Shown piece by piece: positions 51,134-55,980 of a stretch of DNA of 55,980 bases. The stretch spans positions 1 to 55,980 of the forward strand of contig JBELAR010000001.1 of assembly GCA_049508555.1 (NCBI GenBank), written 5' to 3'. The notes under the pieces are model-generated. The model worked only from the letters and a program-made list of their open reading frames with translations, was not told the DNA's origin and did no database searches. A program made the translations under genes and the position numbers. The stretch's first letter is position 1, and the number at the start of each line of letters is the position of its first letter. The stretch is from Steroidobacteraceae bacterium. GTDB taxonomy: Bacteria; Pseudomonadota; Gammaproteobacteria; Steroidobacterales; Steroidobacteraceae.

Positions 51134-51149
51134 TGGCACGGCGATTGCT
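51134..51149 (+). promoter_or_regulatory. sigma54 (-24/-12) promoter of pilA copy 1
   Basis: TGGCAC (51134-51139), GGCGA, TTGC (51145-51148) matches TGGCAC-N5-TTGC exactly. It lies 60 nt upstream of the pilA1 ATG and downstream of pilR. Confidence 0.8.
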
Positions 51150-51208
51150 ATTCCTATGCTCAGCGGCCACCGGGTCGCAGCCCTCAATAAACGGAGTTCG
51201 GAGCCCTT

Positions 51209-51706
51209 ATGAAGACGATGCAAAAAGGTTTCACATTGATCGAGTTGATGATCGTGGTCGCGATCATCGGCATCCTGGCCGCGATTGCGATCCCGGCCTA
51301 TCAGAACTACACGATCCGCGCGCAGGTCACGGAAGGTCTATCGCTGGCCGATAACTACCAGACCGCGGTCGCTGAGTTCTACCAGAACAATGGCACATTC
51401 CCGGCGGGTGTTTCGACCACCGGCAGTGCCACCACGGTCGCCATGCCCGGTAACACGGTCGGCAAGTATGTGAGCGCGGTCACCGTTGATGCCAACGGTA
51501 ACGTGAAGGTCACATATTCAGGCTCGGCGGTGAATGCCAAGCTCGCCGGCGACATCCTGTACTTGAACGTCGGCACCGACACCAATGGTGATGTGGCCTG
51601 GGTTTGCGGCCTGCAGAGCACAAACCCGCCCACGGGTGTGACGCTCAACACGGCGGCGACGACCACCGTGCCGGCCCAGTACCTGCCCTCGTCCTGCCAT
51701 AACTAA
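51209..51706 (+). CDS. pilA: type IVa major pilin PilA, copy 1
   Basis: Prepilin leader '[34 protein letters not shown]'. C-terminal disulfide loop 'WVCG...SSCHN'. 165 aa. GGAG-type RBS. Confidence 0.95.
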   Translation: MKTMQKGFTLIELMIVVAIIGILAAIAIPAYQNYTIRAQVTEGLSLADNYQTAVAEFYQNNGTFPAGVSTTGSATTVAMPGNTVGKYVSAVTVDANGNVKVTYSGSAVNAKLAGDILYLNVGTDTNGDVAWVCGLQSTNPPTGVTLNTAATTTVPAQYLPSSCHN

Positions 51707-51738
51707 TAGCGGGCTGTTCGATCGGGTTGAAGATCAGG

Positions 51739-51766
51739 AGCCCCTCCCAACGAGGGGCTTCTTTTT
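51739..51766 (+). terminator. rho-independent terminator after pilA copy 1
   Basis: 8-bp stem AGCCCCTC/GAGGGGCT, loop CCAAC, then TCTTTTT. Confidence 0.75.
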
Positions 51767-51815
51767 AAGAGTGTGGATGGATGCTCCAATCACAACGAAT
51801 TGCCAGGAAGATTTT

Positions 51816-52313
51816 ATGAAGACCGCACAACGAGGTTTCACGCTGATAGAGCTGATGATCGTGGTCGCGATCATCGGTATACTGGCCGCGATTGCGATCC
51901 CGGCCTACCAGAACTACACGATCCGCGCGGAGGTCACAGAAGGCCTATCGCTGGCAGATAACTACCAGACCGCGGTGGCCGAGTTCTACCAGAACAACGG
52001 CTCATTCCCGGCGGGTGTTTCGACCAGCGGCAGTGCCACCACGGTCGCCATGCCCGGCAACACGGTCGGCAAGTATGTGAGCGCGGTCACGGTGGACGCC
52101 AACGGCAACATCAAGATCACCTATTCGGGATCCAAGGTGAACGCGAAGCTCGCGGGCGACATCCTCTACCTGAACGTGGGCACGGACACCAACGGCGACC
52201 TCGCATGGGTGTGCGGACTGCAGAGCACCAACCCGCCCACGGGCGTGACGCTCAACACGGCCGCGACCACCACGGTACCGGCGCAGTACCTGCCCTCCTC
52301 GTGCCATAACTGA
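51816..52313 (+). CDS. pilA: type IVa pilin PilA, copy 2
   Basis: ATG at 51816 with AGGAAG RBS. '[21 protein letters not shown]...'. 165 aa, 9 aa differences from copy 1. Confidence 0.93.
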   Translation: MKTAQRGFTLIELMIVVAIIGILAAIAIPAYQNYTIRAEVTEGLSLADNYQTAVAEFYQNNGSFPAGVSTSGSATTVAMPGNTVGKYVSAVTVDANGNIKITYSGSKVNAKLAGDILYLNVGTDTNGDLAWVCGLQSTNPPTGVTLNTAATTTVPAQYLPSSCHN

Positions 52314-52356
52314 TGGCGGACGCCTGGATGCAAATCGAAAATTCGCAGTCTGCGAT

Positions 52357-52854
52357 ATGACCAGGATGCAAACAGGCTTCACGCTCATCGAGCTCATGAT
52401 CGTGGTCGCGATCATCGGCATCCTGGCCGCCATCGCGATTCCCGCCTATCAGAACTACACGATCCGCGCCGAGGTTACCGAAGGCTTGACGCTCTCGGAC
52501 ACGTATCGGACCGCAGTGGCGCAGTTCTATGACGAGAACGCCGCGTTTCCCACCGGCGTGTCGGTCAGCGGGAGTGCCACGACGATCGCGGTGTCCGGCA
52601 ACTCAATCGGCAAGTATGTGGGCGCCATCACCGTGGACACGAATGGCAACGTCAAGATCTCGTATACGGGCTCCATGGCGAACGCCAAGCTCACCGGCGG
52701 CATTCTCTACCTGAACGCGGGCACGGATGCCAACGGCGATGTCATCTGGGTGTGCGGGCTGCAGAGCAGCAACCCGCCGACCGGCGTGACGCTCAACGGC
52801 GCGGGCACCACGACCATTGCGGCCCAATACCTGCCCGCGAACTGCCATAACTGA
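52357..52854 (+). CDS. pilA: type IVa pilin PilA, copy 3 (divergent)
   Basis: '[21 protein letters not shown]...WVCG...ANCHN'. 165 aa, 41 aa differences from copy 2. No purine-rich RBS before the ATG. Confidence 0.88.
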   Translation: MTRMQTGFTLIELMIVVAIIGILAAIAIPAYQNYTIRAEVTEGLTLSDTYRTAVAQFYDENAAFPTGVSVSGSATTIAVSGNSIGKYVGAITVDTNGNVKISYTGSMANAKLTGGILYLNAGTDANGDVIWVCGLQSSNPPTGVTLNGAGTTTIAAQYLPANCHN

Positions 52855-52901
52855 GCGGGCAGGCACGGCCCCGTGCCGTGTCGCGCAGCGAGCGCCTGAT
52901 G

Positions 52902-52928
52902 GCCCCTCTCCGAGGGGCTTGTTCTTTT
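52902..52928 (+). terminator. rho-independent terminator after pilA copy 3
   Basis: Stem GCCCCTC/GAGGGGC with a short loop, then TTGTTCTTTT. It shares the core sequence of the copy 1 terminator. Confidence 0.65.
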
Positions 52929-53053
52929 GGGAATTCAATCACGTAGCCCGGACGCCCGATATGCAAACATACGGCGGAATTTGACATTGATCGACCGCCC
53001 TAGTTAGGTAGACTAGACTCTGAACCACGTCTGCCCGGTGACACTCTAAGTAC

Positions 53054-54796
53054 ATGAACGATAACGCTTCCTTGGCTATCAGCCCGTCCCGATCCAACCT
53101 GGGCGGCCTGCCCCAGCGTCTGGTGCAGGATGGCGTAGTCAGCGAATCGGGCATGCATGCTGCACTGCAGGCGGCAGGCGACAAGAAGACCAGCTTCGTG
53201 ACCCAGCTCGTGGTCGGCGGCGTGGTCAAGGCGCGCGACATCGCCATCGCGGCCTCGACCGAATACGGCGTGCCATTGCTCGACCTCGATTCACTCATGT
53301 TGGATCTCGAGGCCGTCCGTGCCGTATCGGACAAACTGCTGGCCAAGCATCGTGTGCTGCCGCTCTTCAAGCGCGGTAAGCGTCTGTTCCTCGGCGTCGC
53401 CGATCCGACCAACCTGTACGCGATCGATGAGATCAAATTCCAGTGCGGCCTGGGCGTCGAGGCCATCGTCGTCGAGGACGATAAGCTGCAGAAGCTGCTC
53501 GACAAGGCCATCGAGCAGGTCGACACGGCCATGCCCAACCTCAGCGATGAGGAAGGCGTCGACCTCGAATCGCTCGAAGTATCGGGCGGCGATGATGAGG
53601 CCGGCGGCGAGGTGGGCCGGGACGATGTCGAAGACGCCCCGATCGTCCGATTCGTCAACAAAGTGCTGCTCGACGCCATACGCCGCGGCGCCTCGGATAT
53701 TCATTTCGAACCCTACGAGAAGATCTTTCGCGTGCGCCTGCGCATCGACGGCGTGCTGCGCGAAGTCGCGCAGCCCCCGGTCCAGCTCACGGGCAAGATC
53801 GCCGCGCGCCTGAAAGTCATGTCGCGGCTCGATATAGCGGAGCGCCGCGTGCCGCAGGACGGGCGCATCAAGATGCGGCTCTCCAAGACCCGGGCGATCG
53901 ATTTTCGCGTGAGCAGCTGCCCGACGCTGTACGGCGAGAAGATCGTATTGCGTATCCTCGACCCCTCGCAGGCGATGCTCGGCATCGACGCGCTCGGCTA
54001 CGAGCCGTTCCAGAAAGATCTGTACATGAAGCATCTGGCCAAGCCCCAGGGCATGATCCTGGTGACCGGGCCGACCGGCAGCGGCAAGACCGTATCGCTC
54101 TACACCGGACTCAATATCCTCAATCGCGAAGACACCAACATCTCCACGGCCGAGGATCCGGCGGAAATCAACCTGCCGGGAGTCAATCAGGTCAACGTCA
54201 ACAACAAGGTGGGCCTGACCTTCGCCGCGGCGCTGCGCGCGTTTCTGCGCCAGGATCCCGACGTCGTCATGGTCGGTGAGATCCGCGACCTCGAGACCGC
54301 GGAGATCGCGATCAAGGCCGCACAGACCGGCCATCTGGTGCTCTCCACATTGCACACCAATGATGCCCCGCAGACCCTCACGCGGTTGGTCGATATGGGC
54401 GTCAAGCCCTACGCCATCGCCACCTCGGTCAGTCTGATCATCGCGCAGCGTCTGGCGCGGCGGCTGTGCTCGCAGTGCAAGCAGCCGCTGGACGTGCCGG
54501 CCGAGGCATTGCGTAAGGAGGGGTTTCAGGAGGCCGACATCCTCAGCGGCATCAAGATCTACGGTGCCAAGGGATGCAGCAGCTGCACCGAGGGCTACAA
54601 GGGCCGCGTCGGCATCTATCAGGTCATGGAAGTGACCGAAGAGCTGGGCCGCATCATCATGGCGGGCGGTCATGCCATGGACATTGCCGGGCAGGCCGTC
54701 AAGGAAGGCGTCTGGGACCTGCGTCGCTCGGGACTGGAAAAAGTCCGATCGGGTCTGACCACGCTCGAAGAGATCAATAGCGTTACGATCGAGTAA
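53054..54796 (+). CDS. pilB: type IV pilus assembly ATPase PilB
   Basis: GspE/PilB family: 'DIHFEPYEK', Walker A 'VTGPTGSGKTVSLY', 'VMVGEIRDLETAEIA', tetracysteine 'CSQC...CSSC'. Confidence 0.96.
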   Translation: MNDNASLAISPSRSNLGGLPQRLVQDGVVSESGMHAALQAAGDKKTSFVTQLVVGGVVKARDIAIAASTEYGVPLLDLDSLMLDLEAVRAVSDKLLAKHRVLPLFKRGKRLFLGVADPTNLYAIDEIKFQCGLGVEAIVVEDDKLQKLLDKAIEQVDTAMPNLSDEEGVDLESLEVSGGDDEAGGEVGRDDVEDAPIVRFVNKVLLDAIRRGASDIHFEPYEKIFRVRLRIDGVLREVAQPPVQLTGKIAARLKVMSRLDIAERRVPQDGRIKMRLSKTRAIDFRVSSCPTLYGEKIVLRILDPSQAMLGIDALGYEPFQKDLYMKHLAKPQGMILVTGPTGSGKTVSLYTGLNILNREDTNISTAEDPAEINLPGVNQVNVNNKVGLTFAAALRAFLRQDPDVVMVGEIRDLETAEIAIKAAQTGHLVLSTLHTNDAPQTLTRLVDMGVKPYAIATSVSLIIAQRLARRLCSQCKQPLDVPAEALRKEGFQEADILSGIKIYGAKGCSSCTEGYKGRVGIYQVMEVTEELGRIIMAGGHAMDIAGQAVKEGVWDLRRSGLEKVRSGLTTLEEINSVTIE

Positions 54797-54829
54797 AGTC
54801 CCACGCGGGATTCAGTCAGGAATAAAGCC

Positions 54830-55980
54830 ATGGCGCAAGCAACCTCCGCAATTCGCAGCATCAAGCGCGACACGGCCTTCCAGTGGGAAGGCATGGACAA
54901 GCGCGGACAGCGCATCAAGGGCCGGAGCCTTGCGGCAAACGAGCAGGCCCTCAAGAGCGATCTGCGCCGTCAGGGCGTCGTGGCCACGCGCATCCGCAAG
55001 CAGTCGCAATCCTTCAAGTCCGGAGGCCGGGTCAAGGCCGAGGACATCGCGATCTTCAGCCGGCAGCTCGCCACCATGCTCGGCGCCGGCATACCCCTGG
55101 TGCAGGCCTTTGAGATCATCGGCTCCGGGCATGACAAACCGGCGATGCAGCGGCTGGTGCTCGATATCAAGGCCGACGTCGAGGGCGGAACCTCGCTGCA
55201 CGAGTCGCTCGCCAAGCATCCACTGTACTTCGACGATCTGTTCGTGAACCTGGTCGAGGCCGGTGAGCAGTCCGGCGCACTGGAGTCGCTGCTGGACAAG
55301 GTTGCCACGTACAAGGAGAAGAGCGAGGCGGTCAAGAAGAAGGTCAAGAAGGCGCTGTTCTATCCGGCGGCCGTGCTGGTCGTCGCAGTCGTCGTCTCGA
55401 TCATCCTGCTGATCTTCGTGATTCCGCAGTTTGAGAGTCTGTTCAAAGGCTTCGGTGCCGACCTGCCCGCCTTCACGCAGATGGTCGTGAACCTCTCGAA
55501 GTTCGTGCAGGCCGACGGCATCTTCATCGCTGTCGTGCTCGGTGCGGCCGGCTGGACCTTCATGTACTTCAAGAAGCGTTCGCGCAAGATGCGCGAGTTT
55601 CTCGATCGCGTGTCGCTCAAGTTGCCGATCATCGGCCCGATCCTCAACAAAGCTGCCATCGCCCGCTATGCGCGCACGCTCTCGACGATGTTCGCGGCCG
55701 GCGTGCCGTTGGTCGAGGCCCTCGAGTCCGTCGCCGGGGCTTGCGGCAATATCGTCTATGAGGACGGGGTCATGAAGATGCGCGATGAGGTCGCGACCGG
55801 CCAGCGCCTGCAGCGCGCCATGGAAAACACCGGGCTGTTCCCGAACATGGTCGTGCAGATGATCGCGGTCGGGGAGGAATCCGGTTCACTCGATACGATG
55901 TCGGGCAAGGTCGCGACATTTTACGAAGAGGACGTCGATGCGGCCGTCGACAGCATGTCGAGTCTGCTCGAGCCCCTGAT
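54830..55980 (+). CDS. pilC: type IV pilus inner-membrane platform protein PilC (partial, runs off the window end)
   Basis: Not in the ORF track because there is no stop in the window. My translation from ATG 54830 gives 'MAQATSAIRSIKRDTAFQWEGMDKRGQRIKG...FSRQLATMLGAGIPLVQAFEI...', the GspF/PilC repeat architecture. Confidence 0.9.
   Translation, partial: MAQATSAIRSIKRDTAFQWEGMDKRGQRIKGRSLAANEQALKSDLRRQGVVATRIRKQSQSFKSGGRVKAEDIAIFSRQLATMLGAGIPLVQAFEIIGSGHDKPAMQRLVLDIKADVEGGTSLHESLAKHPLYFDDLFVNLVEAGEQSGALESLLDKVATYKEKSEAVKKKVKKALFYPAAVLVVAVVVSIILLIFVIPQFESLFKGFGADLPAFTQMVVNLSKFVQADGIFIAVVLGAAGWTFMYFKKRSRKMREFLDRVSLKLPIIGPILNKAAIARYARTLSTMFAAGVPLVEALESVAGACGNIVYEDGVMKMRDEVATGQRLQRAMENTGLFPNMVVQMIAVGEESGSLDTMSGKVATFYEEDVDAAVDSMSSLLEPL

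Noticed and set aside
51767-51815. Second sigma54 promoter upstream of pilA copy 2, and likewise at 52314-52356 upstream of copy 3.
   Set aside because: No GG/GC pair occurs at the required 12-nt register. The TGGATG... strings do not fit TGGCAC-N5-TTGC.
52981-53010. Perfect TTGACA upstream of pilB. Considered as a sigma70 promoter.
   Set aside because: There is no acceptable -10 hexamer at 16-18 nt spacing (TTAGGT and TAGGTA are poor matches).

Overview
Visibly GC-rich, almost fully coding chromosomal segment with gammaproteobacterial-type gene order. It falls into four blocks. (1) 1-17.4 kb is an accessory locus. A co-linear minus-strand array runs: porin-like OMP, ECF sigma/anti-sigma, S8 lipoprotein peptidase, a second ECF sigma/anti-sigma, radical SAM (SPASM-like), methyltransferase, amidohydrolase, B12-binding radical SAM, glycosyltransferase, ABC exporter. 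It is flanked by two more methyltransferases, a split-barrel-like protein, a second GT4 and an NTP_transf_5-like nucleotidyltransferase. I found no scaffold or precursor gene and cannot match the set to a named pathway, so this is my best candidate for an undescribed system. (2) 17.6-20.3 kb is a decayed islet next to tRNA-Ser(GCU). It holds a hydrolase gene stump, a frameshifted and truncated transposase, an orphan frame, a small membrane protein, mazEF, and a 19-nt direct copy of the tRNA 3' end. (3) 20.4-47.7 kb is housekeeping backbone: csrA, alaS, recX, recA, thpR remnant, cinA, NYN/LOTUS, mutS, DUF748, hydrolase, aspS, DUF502, FmdB zinc ribbon, apt, clpB, pgeF, rluD, bamD, nadE, sucDC, and two secreted proteins sharing a split Cys module. 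(4) 47.8-56 kb is a type IVa pilus locus: pilS, pilR, a sigma54 promoter, three tandem 165-aa pilA paralogs, pilB, and pilC (partial). I saw no rRNA, CRISPR, intact IS, integrase or prophage. All family names come from motif recognition by eye; no searches were run. The ORF track translates GTG/TTG starts as M, and many of its long ORFs are antisense shadows of real genes.
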